This document shows positions 35,049-47,979 of a stretch of DNA of 64,000 nucleotides, piece by piece; within the stretch, counting starts at the first letter, position 1, and the number at the start of each line of letters is the position of its first letter. Made by a program: the position numbers and the translations under genes. The notes beneath the pieces are model-generated. The model worked only from the letters and a program-made list of their open reading frames with translations. It searched no databases and was not told the origin of the DNA. Origin of the DNA: Balamuthia mandrillaris (Eukaryota); the NCBI GenBank assembly GCA_031835245.2, contig JAVKOQ020000063.1, positions 62,001 through 126,000 on the forward strand. Direction: 5' to 3'.

Positions 35049-36428
35049 ATGCGACGAAGCAAGGCGCCCTCCGTTGTTGCCAGCAAGAAAAGAAAGAGAG
35101 CGGGGTCTTCTTCTCTCCTGGGGGTGGAGGAGAAAGAAGCTTCTAGGGAACAAAATGAAAACCTCAGCGCAAGCAAGGCCGCAGAGCAAGATGACGAGCA
35201 AGCTGCGAGGTGTTCAAAGTCGTCCTCGTCATCCTCGTCGTCTTCCCATCCGGCTTACACTGCCCGGTCGCTTGGCAGCGGCACTCGACGCAAAGTGCGA
35301 CGACTGCATCCTCTACTGTCGCGCAGGACTGAAGGGAAAGAAGAAGAACAAGAACAACAACAAAGCGAAACAGCTGCAACCGAAGCGACGAGCCAAGGAG
35401 GGTCTGGAAAGGCTTCTGCTGCTACACTGGTCAAGCAAAGGTATTGCTGGGAAGTTATGTACACTAAAGCTGGACAAAAAAGTGGCAAGAAGAGATACCA
35501 AGACGGTACGATCTCAGCTGCTGTCCCCTTGTTTCTCTCTACTTGCCTCTGTCTTGTTCTTTTGCTTCTCTGCTGGCTTCCATCACTATTTAACGTTAAG
35601 GCCCATTAGGAGTGTTTTCGTTTCAACAAGCGGGACGGTGTGAGCTTTTTGCCATGAACGGAAGAGCGGTGAAAGGTGGAGAGGAGTACCTCACCATTGA
35701 ACCACCAGCTGAAGGAGACACCATCACTCTTGGACAGTGGGAGCTTGAGGTCTTTTCCTCTACCTTTCTCTCTTCTTGTGCTTCTTCTTCTTGTTCTTGT
35801 TCTTCTTCTTGTTCTTGTTCTTGTTCTTCTTCTTCTTCTTGTTCTTCTTCTTCTCCTTCTTCTTGTTCTTCTTCTTCTTCTTGTTCTTCTTCTTCTTCTT
35901 CTTCTTCTTCTTCTTCTTGTTCTTCTTCTTCTTCTTGTTCTTCTTCTTCTTGTTCTTGTTCTTCTTGTTATTGTTCTTCTTGTTGCTCTACTCTCCTTTC
36001 TGATAGTTTAAAACAGATAGGTACCGCAATGAGTGTCGAAGAGTTTGAGCTCTTTCGTGAATGCAACGACTCTGGTTTGTGTTTTGTTACGTACACTTCA
36101 CCTTTCTTCTCACTAAATGTCCTCCATTTTATTATAAAAGAGCGAAAACAACGGAAAAGCAGAGTAGTAACAGGCAAAGCCCTCGAGGAGGACAATGTTG
36201 GCTTCAAGTTGATGAAACTGATGGGGTGGACAGGCGGCAGTTTAGGTTCGTTTTCATTCTTCTTTCTGGGTGGGTTCTCACGCTTTCCCGCCCGTCCATT
36301 TTGTAGGCAAGAACACTTCTTCTTCCGTTCAACCCGTTGAAGTGAAGACAAAAATGGACAGAAGTGGCCTTGGCTACATTCCTAAACCTGGACTACTCAA
36401 TCGTCACCATCATGATCTTTTGCTTTAA
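35049..36428 (+). CDS. DUF2439 (ZGRF1/Mte1 N-terminal-like) plus G-patch protein
   Basis: WEVMYTK...KKRYQDG followed by EGDTITLGQWELE; C-terminal DNVGFKLMKLMGWTGGSLG...QPVEV...RSGLGY; 4 introns. Confidence 0.7.
35765..35985. repeat. (TTC/TTG)n intronic microsatellite
   Basis: Directly visible. Confidence 0.9.
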
Positions 36429-36468
36429 GGTTTTCTCTTGCTTTCTTTTTTTTCAGTTGCTTTTTTTC

Positions 36469-37297
36469 CTAACTGCTGAAGGTAGGTTTCATGATGAGGA
36501 AGAAGTATTCGCTGTTGGGAGCGACGGCTTCATCCAGTGGCTTACGTCTTTGCATCTTCTCCACGCATACCACTTTCCATCCACACCGTTGAAAGAGTTC
36601 CGTTCGATCCTCCACCGAGACAACAATGTACATTCCATCCTTCTCTTCCTCTCCTTCTTTTTCTTCTGCTGAACTCTCTTTCTTCTTCCGCTTTACACGA
36701 AGAACGCGAGGCAGTTCTTTGGACATGGCTTCAACGACCATCCAAGAGTCGCTTCTGGAGAGTATGCTGTCCAAACAGCCTTTGTCGAGGATGACGTCCA
36801 CCGTGTGGTCCTCCGCTATCACTCCCGACAGGTCGCAAACGTCAGCCACTTGGTATTTCACTCTTTCGTTTCTGTGTTTGAGGTTTAAAGTGAGTGAAAT
36901 GTTCTTCGAACATCAATCTCATACTCACACATGAAAAAAACTTTAAACAAACGTACTCTCGTTTTTTCATCTCCGCAATGACGGAGGGACTAAAGTCTAT
37001 GCTGCAAATAACACTGCCTTTCTCCTGACAATAACCATCTTCGACCATCTGCTCTGCCAGAAGCGAGTTGCCGCAGCCGATGCAAAGGAAGCGACCGCCC
37101 CGTCGAAGATCCACAGCGAGGTGTTTGTCCAACAAGGGCTTCATGCCAGAGTAATCCTCGTACCACTCCACCACCGCCACCGCCGGTGCATCTGGGCGAG
37201 CCTCTTGCTCTTTTATTTCGTGCTTGTTGTTGTGGTTTTGTGTTTGTTGCCAGTAGGCCTCCCAAAAGCCCGCTTCGCCAAAGCCCATGCCTTCCAT
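36469..37297 (-). CDS. Class I SAM methyltransferase, EEF1AKMT4/METTL13-like
   Basis: FW-x2-Y, VEWY, CIGCGNS, IDFS, DVILDKGCLDSI; one intron about 36875-36956. Confidence 0.82.
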
Positions 37298-37491
37298 CTC
37301 ACGTCTTCTTTTCTTCTCTTTTCTTTTTTTTTCTTGCCAGTTTGTTGATATATTATGAAAATTATTTAAAATGTTTAAATAATTCAGGACAACGTGATAT
37401 ATTTGACAATTGTCGATATGTAATGGATATTGTTAAAATAGCGCAAAAGATTATTAACGTTTGTTAAACAAAGATGTTGTGGAAGAACTTG

Positions 37492-39030
37492 CTAAGAAGA
37501 AAACGAGGAGGAGGAAGGAGAAGAAGAGGAGGAGGAGGAAGAAGAAGAAGAACATGAAGAAGAAGAAGAAGAAGGATAAGGGGCAGAAGTGTCTTCAGCT
37601 TCTGGGTCAAATGTAGCGGAAGGAGAGAAGGGAATGCCAGCCATACCCATCACGGTTTCCAACACACCGTCCACGAACATCATCTTGTCCAGTCCTCCCC
37701 AACGCGCCCTCTCCTCCACCCGCCCTTCCCTAAAGTTCACCCCGGTGTGCCGTTGGAATGCTTCCAAGTCTCTTTCTTGATAGTGTCCCAACCCATACTT
37801 GTTTAATTCCACCAAGTGATCCTCCTCTTCATGTTCAGTCGTTGCTTCGACTTGTTCTTGTTCGTTCCTCTTTGGTTCTTTTCCCCTTTCCTCTCCTTCT
37901 TCTTTCTTCGTTTGTCGAGGAGCAGTCATGCCAAGTAAATGTCGAATACGACGTTGGGAGCGAGCACGAAGCTCACTCTTTTGAGGGAGCTCCCAAAAGG
38001 TGGGTCGGTAGTGACGAGACCAAAGGTGGAACAACACGTGCTCTCCTGGTGCGAAGAAGTCCCATCCATGTGTCCAAAGCCGAACGCTCATGCTGCTTTC
38101 CTCTCCAAAGAACACGAATGGTAGATGTGGATCATATGGCACTGCCAACATGGAAGAAGAACAAAATGGGATTAACAACATCTAAAGGAAGAAGCAGAAA
38201 GGGGAAGAGGAGAAGGAGGATGAAGAGGAGGAGGAGGAGGAGAAGGAGGAGGAGAAGAAAAAGAAGAACAATAACAAGAAGAAGAAAGAACGGGAACAAG
38301 AAGTTTACCTTCTTTTAACATTTGGGCAGAGGAAAAGCTAAACCCACTTACCCAAAACAAACAAGGCAGAGGCTTGGCAAAGCCTCCACTCAACAACCTC
38401 CCATGCAAACGCAGCATGCCGTCCTCCTTGCCAAACCCTTTGACACACAAAAAGGGAGGCCGTCGTCTCTCCTCCTCGGAGGGCAGCTTGTTGGGCAGCT
38501 GATAGCCGGCAGGATAGCCCGTGAGAATGGGCTTGGAGGAGGAGAGAGAGCACTGTCTCAGCAGCTCGAGCAAGCGACTGTCCCACCGTGGGACAAAGCG
38601 AGTGTGGCTGTCAATGGAGAGGTAATAGTCCTCACCACGGTAGAGCCCTTGGGCAAAGTGCCGGGCGAGGCAAGGCCCGGTGGCTGCCTTCCAGTCGAGA
38701 AAGTGTTCGCGGACCTGCGCGGGTCGTGGGTACGGTTCTTGGAAGCAGGCTTGGTCCTCGGAAGGGTTGGTTTGCCAACATATCCCCACAAAGACGCGTT
38801 CCGGTCGTTCCGCCTTCTCAAAGAGATCTTTCACCGTCCACTGACATTCTTTGGGCACAAAGAATGAGATGAAAAGGTTTAATGGGTTTGTATTATTATT
38901 TTTTGTGCCCTGGGTGAAAAAAACAACAACAACCTGGGTCTCGGTAACTTGGGATGCTCACGAAGATGGTAGGGGCTTCTTCCTCGTTGGACGTCGTTAC
39001 GCTCTCCCCTTCTTTGTGCGTGGCCTTCAT
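37492..39030 (-). CDS. GT60 polypeptide/hydroxyproline alpha-GlcNAc transferase (Skp1 Gnt1-like)
   Basis: TIFVSIPSYRDP, VFVGICWQ, GPCLARH, IDSHTRF, VPYDPHLPFVFFGEE, RLWTHGWDFFAP, FHLW; no signal anchor before the catalytic domain. Confidence 0.88.
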
Positions 39031-39680
39031 CTCCCTTGTGTGAAAGTCGCAGGAATACAATACCCATGACGACCCGGTTAATCTACATGACATGGTACAC
39101 TCTTTCATGACGACCCGAATGTTTGTGTAGCGGAGAGCCGAAGTGTTTCTTGTACCTGGTGATGAAGGCTTTGTCTCTGGAGAGGGCAAGATTGATACTC
39201 ATCCTGCGAGTGCTTGCACTCTGGCAAACACATGCATATAGCACGCTTGCCCCATTGGTAGCCATGCATGGCATGCCAAAATGCAAAGCCCTGCGTGCGC
39301 TTCGAAATCCCTGCGTTACCAGGCCAGAGCGAGATAAGGGTTTCTCCGGTCAAAGTGTTGAAAATCCATGTGAAGCGAATCCAAAACAAAGATAGATGGA
39401 GAACCAAGCTGAAAACATGAAACATCGCTGTTAAAACCAAACGAACCAAGTCCACACCAAATGTTTAAAAAATGGGATCGTTTCCTAATATAGGGTCAAT
39501 TCATCAATATAGAAAATGAATGAGGCACAGCATTTTTATCCGAAGATCTACTTTGTGAGAAAGGAACTGCTGGGATCCCTGGTTACCTCGTTTGTTAGAA
39601 AAAGAAAAAAAAGTAAAGCACAACAGGAAAAGAAAAAAACAGAACTAGAATATTTCAAACACCAGCAAAGAAAAACGGCA

Positions 39681-42600
39681 ATGAGTGCTCTTGGTACGGT
39701 TTGGTCTTTTTTTTTAAAAAAATTCTTTATATGTTCTTTTTTTTTGTTGAGGTGTGGGTTCAACGTGTTACACGTTTTTTAAAAGAGATATATTGTTTAA
39801 AAATATTTTTTTTAATTTTTTTGGTTCCCTTCGCTGCAGGAGAGAGTTATAAAAGACGGAAACGACTTCTTATGTTTGGAGGAATAAGTGACAAACATGC
39901 GAACAAAGGTCTCTCTCTCTCTCTTTCTCTCTTTCTCATTCTCTGTAAGCTATTTACACACTTTAAAACAGAAAAACAGAGACAAGCGAGCGCGTTACGT
40001 CTGCAGCTTCCTCTCAAGTCTTCCGCTTCCAGCAACGACCTGACACTCCTTCGAAAGAGTGGCGACTCCCGCGACCAAGTCACTCGCTCGGGAAAAACTT
40101 CTTCCTATTCCAACGCAACGGTCTCTCCCAAAGGAAACCGATGGCTGAAAAGCTTTCGCTCCGAACAGCTGTCTCTGTTCTCTCACTCTTCTTCGTCAAC
40201 TTCTTTGTCTTCATGTTCTTCTTCGTCTTCTTCTTTGTCCTCTCCATTTGCTTCATTGGATGGGAGTGGAATGGCAGAGCAACTTGGAGCAAACGATTCG
40301 TTTGCTTCCTTGCAAGACGATTCTTCCTCTGCAACGTATTCTTATCAACTGGAAGTAATGCTACTGGGTGACGCTGCTGTTGGCAAAACTTCTCTTCTTC
40401 ACAGTCTTGCTTTATCTTCTTCCTCTTCTTCATGTTCTTCTCCCTGTTCTTGTTCTTCTTCTGGTTCTTCTTCTTCTTCTTCTTCTTCTTCTTCTTCTTC
40501 TTCTTCTTCTGCTGTTTCCTCCTCGTCATCTTCTTCTCTTCCGTCCATATCTTCTTCCCCATCTCTTTCTTCTTCTTCTTCTAGTTCTTCTTCTTGTTCT
40601 TCTTCTTCTTCTTCTTCTTCTTCTTCTTCTTCTTGTTCTTGTTCTTCTTCTTCTTCTTCTTCTTCTTCTTCTTCTTCTTCTTCTTCTTCTTCTGCTTCTC
40701 CACCAATGCGAACATTACCGATGACGATGTCAATGGATGCGACGATGTTGCGGCGACAGCGTCATCGACGGAGGCATAGTCGAAGCGAAAGCGTGGAGCT
40801 CATCAACGATGCTGCCAACAAGCAACTCATACAAAAGAAACAACAGCAACCGACAGAGAAAAAGAAAGACAAAGACAGAGACAAAGAAGGAGAGGAGAAA
40901 CGCTCCAAAAGAAAGGAGAACAAACCATCCACGACAAAGAAGCAAGAGAGCAAAGAAACGAATGAAGGGAACGACTTTTTGCCTCCTTCTTCTCTCTCGA
41001 GCGGAAGCGTTATCGTTCCACGAGTGTCCAAGAAGGTGCGGGTCGGCCGAAGGAGAGCAAACACACAACATCGTTTATCGGTTCCTCCTCAGCTCAAAGA
41101 CCTTAACGAGACAACCGAAAACGCAAAGGAAGAAGAAGAAGAAAAGAAAGAAACAAAAGAAGGAATACGACGAAGAAGAGAGGAAGCACATATAGAAGGG
41201 TTGAAGAGGGTCGTACACGAGCATGGAGACGCGAAGGAAGAAAAGTTTGACGGCGACGAAGCCGGGAGTACGTTTCGACCGGATGAGTACGAGTTGAGGC
41301 TTGCCTCTAGTCAGCACGTTAAAGTATATGACTTTTCGCCACAGGTGCGTACTCTGCTTTCTTTTCTCTCTGCTTCTCTTCTCTCATTTCCTCTTATTCT
41401 TTGCTTCTCTTTAGAAAAGACCAACTCACTAATACAAACAACAACAAATAGAGCATAGACTTCTTTCCTTTCTTCCTTCGCAAGCGGAGCGTTGTGCTCC
41501 TCCTCTTCAACCTCTGCCACCCCATTGAGGACATCATCACCAACCTCCAAACATGGTGCAAACGCATCCACCAAGCCTCCGACTATCCCACTCTCGCTCC
41601 TCTCTCCCCGATGATGCGCACCTGCTCCGAAAGTATTCATCGAAACAACAACAGAAGACAACAGCTAGAAGAGGAAGAAGAGGGGGACATCGCTGAAGGT
41701 TGGCAGCAACAAGGATTGAAGCCTTGCTTACCTCCGGAGAACTTTCCTCTCATCTTCCTGGTTGGCACGCACTATCATCCCTTCTCCTCTTCGGTCGTTC
41801 GCTATGCTTCTGGACCTTCTTCCTTTTATACTTCATCTCACGGTTCTTCCTCTGCTTCTTCTTCGATAAACTCCACCTCTACTGTGAGCAAGAAACATAT
41901 GGGAAGGTTGGAAGAGGCGTTGAATGGATTGGCCGCTCAGTTTCCCAATATCAAGGGAGCCTATGCCCTTTCCAATGCCTCCTTGGAAGGCGTTGCCTCT
42001 CTTAGAGACGCGTTGTTGGATGCTGGTTTGTTTCCTGCCTTCAGTTCTTCTTCTCTTTCGTTTCCTCTTGGCTCATTCTTTTAACAGTGAGGGCACATGA
42101 ACAAGCGGTAATGACTTTTGCCAAGACAATTCCTCCGTCAACGATGGTGTTTGAGGCTGCCCTTGTTCATCTCAAGCGGTCCCCTTCCTTCTTACTCCCT
42201 TGGCAACGCTATGCTCAAGTAACCATCTTAATTTGTTCTTGTTCTTGTTCTCGTTGTTCTTGTTCTTGTTGTTCTTGTTCTTCTTCTTCGTCTTCTTCTT
42301 GTTCTTCTTCTTCTTTTTTTTTTCTTTTCTTTTCTTCTTCTTCTTCTTCTTCTTCTTCTTCTTCTTCTTCTTCTTCTTCTTCTTCTTCTTCTTCTTCTTC
42401 TTCTTCTTCTTCTTCTTCTTCTTCTTCTTCTTCTTCTTCTTCTTGTTCTTCTTCTTCTTCTTCTTCTTCTTCTTCTTCTTCTGTTCTCTTCTCACGAGGT
42501 GTTGCTACAGCTGGCCAAGCGAAATGGACTTAAAAAGAAGTCACATTTGAGAGTTTGTACTCAGTTCTGGAGCGAGTCAGGCTTCCTTCTTCATATCAAC

Positions 42601-44414
42601 GATCCTTCACCCAGTCACATGTCCTCTTCTTCTTCCTCCTCTTCTCCTTCCTCAACCAAAGCCGCTTCGCTGAGCCAATGGCTCTTTCTGGATGACGGAT
42701 ACTGGCTGATGGATGCTTACATTCGTTTGCTTCGATACGTTCGACGTAAACGCCAAGAGCTTTTGCTTCTTCAGGCGAAGGATGATGACCCAAGAGAAGA
42801 AGACGTTGGGGAGAGTGACGAAGAAGAAGACAAAAGCAAGAAGAAACCAAAAAAGACAAAGAAGCACATGGAGACATCCTCGGAGAAAAACGCGGGAATG
42901 TCGATGCAGAAGAAGAAGGGCACCAGCATTCTTTTAAAGCAAAAAAGTTACTTCAACGCACTTTTATCTTTTGACGAACTTCTACCAGAACGTTACACCG
43001 CAAACGAGAACGATAACAAACAGAGCGATCGGGTATGGCCGACTCATCTCTATCCAACGAACAACTATGAAGCCGTTCTGATGCTGCTTCAAAAACTCGG
43101 ACTGGTTTACTTTGTTCAGCCACAAAAACAAAAAGTTTTGCTTCTCGATACAACAACGACAACAACGACGTCAACCACGAAGAATGGAGTTGAGCAGAAG
43201 GAGGAACACTCGAGGTTGTCGATGACGGATGGATCGAGGGTAGATCCTAGCGATTACACTCTGCACGCAGAGGTCCAATCGATGCCTTCGCTTTCTCCTT
43301 CATCTCCTTCTTCTTCTTCCGCTTCACCTCATTCTCCTTCTTCTCCTCCTTCTTCAATTGCCAATAACAAGGAAAAAGCGAACAGCGAAGCAGAAGAAGC
43401 AACAAAGAAGAAAGATGACAATAACGACCACACGGAACACGGGAGCAGCGGTGCGGCCTATGGAAGACTTGGCAAGAGCCAACAGGTAACTCTCCTTCGA
43501 AGAGCTTCCATGCCAGCCATCCCTGCAGGTGCGTTATCACTGGAGGTTAAAGAAGAGAAGAGCAACACCAACAACAACAGCGACAAAACAACAAACGCCT
43601 CTCCAAAGAAAAACAAAAAGAAAGAAGAGAAGAAGGCTGCAAAACTAAAGCACAAGAAGAAAGAAGAGAAGACAGGCAGAACGCGAAGCAGTACTGCGGA
43701 TGGGAAGAGCCTCCACCAAGTTCCATCCTTGTCCAAGAGTGGAAGCATTCTTGGCGTGAAGGCCATTCGCAAGAAGGCTTCTTCTCCTTCAATGACGGTT
43801 GCCACAAGGAACAGGACGGAGAAGAGAAGAAAGCGGTCGGCTTCTTTGAAAGACCTGTTCGATGGCGCGTTGTCATCCTCGTCTTCGCCATCGTCACCCG
43901 GACGAAGAAAGAAGGCGAAAGAAGCAGGAGAGGAAGAGCTAGTGCAACCACAAAAAGAAAAGGAGAGCAAGAAGAAAAAGAAGAAACAAGAGAAGAAGGA
44001 GAAAAAGGAGGAAGAAAAACGAAAAGCGGAAGAGCGAAAGAAAGAGAAGAAGAAGGACCAAAAGAGGAGGTCGTCGTCGAAGAAAGAGAAGAAAAAGGAG
44101 AAACGTGGAAAAGAAGATATAGACCTCAAACTAACAGTGGAAAAAGAAAGAGACGAAGAAGAAGAAAAGAAAGCAGATGAGGAAGTAAGGGCATCGCAGC
44201 TGAAAGAAGAAGAAGAAGAAATAGAAGAAGAAAAAGTGCCACGAAAGGTAACTGCTGCGAATCCTTTGACAGAAGAAGAGATTCAAGAACGACTACGAGC
44301 TTCTCAACAACGAAGAGAAAAGCTGGTAAAGACGAAACGTCATCACTTCAAGACGGTTTATAGGAACATGCGAAGCATCGAAAAAGAACTGCATTCACTG
44401 GTACGTTTCGGTCC

Positions 44415-44458
<44 letters not shown>

Positions 44459-46735
44459 GAAGCGAAGAATAGAACAGAAGACACAAGTCTAAAAGGTGAA
44501 AAGGAGAAGATACCACAACAAAAGCACTAACCATGAATGTTTATAGCAAGGAACTTTTACAGGAGGATCCGAGGAAGACTTTTCTCACCGCTTTGAGATG
44601 GTGACCATCGGCAACAACGGCCAACGCCGACTTTTCATCCCTCAACTGCTGCTGCCCTTCAAGACCAAAGAACAGGAGAATGAGGAGAGCTTTATTCGCG
44701 GCTTGCATCATGTAATGAACACCAGCCGCAACGGAAACAGCGGAGCTGTTCGCCGACGTCGTCGAAGCGAGACCGAAACAGAAGAAAAAGAGGAACACTC
44801 GCAACGACAACAAAACACCAACAAAAGAACAATGGCGGCTGTTGATGTTTGGGTGGATGAGAAAGTGTTGAAGGAAGCAGGATGGAATCCACCTGAGCTT
44901 TCTTCTTTGTGCGCCCTTCTTCGCAAAGCCAAAAAGAACAAGAAGGAGAAGAGAGAACGAAGTAGTTCAAACGAGTCTAACAACGGGGATATCAGACGTT
45001 CCATAGAAACATCGTCGAGCTTCATCCTAGGAACAGGCTTGGAGGAAGAAAAGGAAGGAAGAAGACGAAGCAGAAGTCACCCAAAACAGAACATCATGTT
45101 GCATCCAGTTCCTACCCAGCGACGAGTCGTTCTCTTCAACGCTGCTTGGAAGGCAGAAAACAACAACGTACCGTTTCAAGCGGGTAAGAAAAAAGGAGGA
45201 GGAACGGTAATCATGGCAATGATGAACAGAAGGAGGGGGTACCTTCCTCCTGGCTTGTTTCCAAAGCTTGTGGCTCAACTGCTTCAAGTCTTGGAGCTGC
45301 CTCTCATCTGGCAAACAGGTGCTTTGCTTGTGGGTCGCTCGCACAATGCTGGAGCAGGACGTGAGGCTGGAGGAAGCAAGAGAAATAAGGAGGCGAAAGA
45401 GAAGGCATTGCTGCGATTGTTTGAGAACGAGAACAAGATGGAAATAGAGGTCTACGGAGGAGAACAGCCGGAACATTTGTTGGAGTTGCTGTTGCACCAT
45501 CTGAAGGAGGTTGCCAGCTGTTTTGCCAATGTTACTTCAGTCATTCTTACTCCTTGCTCTCATTGTTTGTTGAAAGGCAAACAAGGTACTTCTCTTCCTT
45601 TCTTTCTACGTTTGCAACTTCTCTGTATCTTTATTAATGTCGTTATTATCCTCAACGAACACAACAGATCCATATATGTTCTCTTTGGAGCAATGCGAAG
45701 CAACTATGGGACAGGGTAGCACTTTACTCCATTGCCAACACAAGAGCAACAAGCACCCTGTTCCGGTCTTTCTTCATCAGTTAGCTCCAGAGCTGGCTCT
45801 CTCTTGGCAAGCTCTTGAACGTTACGAAGTCAACTATGACGACATTCGTTTAAATAGCAGCAACAACAAAGAGGACAAAGCAGGAGATGGCGACGTTATT
45901 ATTATCGGAACAGGAAGCCACGCAATTGTAAAGAAAGGAGTATACAACGGAGAGGCGGTGGCCGTAAAAGAGTTTATGCTACCCGAAACCACGACTGACT
46001 CCATTAGCCAAGCGGTATACCTGAACATCGTGAAAGAGTTTCGGTCGGAGGCGATGTTGATGAGTGGACTCTCGCATCCGAATGTGGTCCGACTTGTTGG
46101 CTTTTGCAAGGCACCAAGATCTCTTGCTCTTATTCTGGAATATCTGCCTGATGGTTAGACCTTTCGTTCTTCTTCGTTCTGATTCGTTCTTCTTCTTCTT
46201 CTTCTTCTTCTTCTTCTTCTTCTTCTTCTTCTTCTTCTGCTTCTTCTTACTCTTCTTTCTTAACGGGTTACAGGCGACTTGTTTCACTTTCTACGGAAAG
46301 AGGAGAACAAAAATATGCCGTGGTCTGATAGGTTAAAAATTGCTTTGGATATAGCAAAGGGCATGTTCTTCTTACATTCTACTTGTCCGCCTATCATTCA
46401 CCGTGACTTGAAAAGCCTCAACATTTTGGTAGCTTCCGTCCCTGTTGTTCGTTCTCTTCTTACTCTCGCCTTTTCTAACAATGCCGTACACAGATGAATG
46501 GAAAGACTGCCAAAGTAGCTGACTTTGGTCTGTCGACGGTATACGCGTTGACGACTTCAGGCCGCGGAGGGGTTGACATTCCGTTTTGGCTGGCTCCGGA
46601 AGTCATCCAGGGAGAAGAATCCACCGAGAAGGCTGATGTGTTCAGCTATGCTATTATTCTCTGGGTTTGTTTTCTTCTCTTTCTCCCTTCTCCTCTCTTT
46701 CTCTCCCTTCTGCTTCTTCTTCTTCTTCTTCTTCT

Positions 46736-46775
<40 letters not shown>

Positions 46776-47104
46776 ATTACATTCTCTGCCTCGATATCCT
46801 GATTTAACTTAACTACCAAAAGGAATTAGCAACGATGCGTATGCCGTACGCAGAATATGACTACAGTTTCATGACAGAACTGGAACGAAGGATCGTGGAA
46901 GAGGGCTTACGACCCTCTCTTGACGGTTTAGCGGCCGGCGTTCCTCCCCTCTATGTCAAGCTCATTTGCTCCTGTTGGAAAGAGAATTACTCGGATCGTC
47001 CTTCTTTCTTCAAGATCATTCCTCGGTTGGAGGGAATTCTTCAGTCGCTCTCGTCTCCTTTTTCTTCTGCTTCTTCTTCTTCTTCTTCTCAACAAACGTC
47101 TTAA
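39681..47104 (+). CDS. Roco family protein (Roc-COR-TKL kinase) without LRRs, multi-exon
   Basis: P-loop [18 protein letters not shown]...[25 protein letters not shown] motifs [27 protein letters not shown]; kinase [22 protein letters not shown]. Confidence 0.85.
40415..40695. repeat. (TCT)n array in frame as poly-Ser just after the Roc P-loop
   Basis: Directly visible. Confidence 0.9.
42235..42480. repeat. (TTC)n intronic microsatellite
   Basis: Directly visible between donor GTAACC at about 42219 and acceptor at 42498. Confidence 0.9.
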
Positions 47105-47225
47105 AACCAACTTTTTTTTGTAAGTAACTGACTAAATATTATTTGAAAGCATAAAGCTCGGCAAAAGAAACAAAAATAAGATTCTTCACATCCAGAGAAA
47201 AGTGGCAGAGCTGCCCTTTTTGTGA

Positions 47226-47734
47226 TTACTTGGGTGGCTCCGCCTCTTTCTTTTTCTCTTCGCCGTTGCTGACGCTCAAGCTGACTCCACCGGCAAGCAT
47301 CTGCTTCTCTGGTAAAGAGCAAAACCGCTACAGTAAGAAAAAAACACAACATAAAGTAAGAAAGCGGAAAAAGATAAACCTTGGGAGATGTGTGCCTCCA
47401 ACTCTTCTTTTTTTTCCGTTTGTTTTTGTTGGAGCTGTTGCTGTTTGGTGTCGGTCCTGAACTTCAGGTCTTCATCCTGCTTGTCGTGCTTCTGTTTGAC
47501 CTCCAATTTTTCGGCCTCCTGTTTGGCTTCGAGCTTCTGCCTCTGCTTCATGTGCTTCTCCTCCAATTTCTTCAGCTCCTTGAGCTGCTTCTCCTTGAGC
47601 TTGTGCTTTTCCTTTCTGGCCCAGTCATCGTGCTTGTTCTGTTCCTTTGTGAGATTCTCTTTCAGCTTCTTCCTGTCCCTCTCCACCTTCTTGTTCAGCT
47701 TTTCCTGCTTCTTTGCGTCTTCAACGAGCGACAT
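47226..47734 (-). CDS. Small K/E/Q-rich coiled-coil protein of unknown function
   Basis: MSLVEDAKKQEKLNKK ORF; GT-AG intron about 47309-47379; stop at 47226-47228. Confidence 0.65.
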
Positions 47735-47979
47735 CTCAGACCCTCTTTGATTTTTATTTATGATGTGTGTGGGTGGGTGTGTGTTTGAGCGGTTGGTTTC
47801 GAGAGTGCAGAACAAAAAAGAAATAAAGGGCTGGGCTGGATTGAATATTTAAATATGTTGTTGAGCCAACCGACGTTCACCTTAAAAAGATATAATGTTC
47901 ATGACGACCCGGAATTTATAAAGGCATATTTATCGTTATAAGTCACTTTTAACGCATTCAATAAATAAAAAAAAGGCTC

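Noticed and set aside
39120..39460. High-complexity intergenic block with short ORFs and a C-box-like GTGATGA
   Set aside because: No recognisable domain, terminal repeats or suitably placed D box; cannot support a snoRNA or transposon call.
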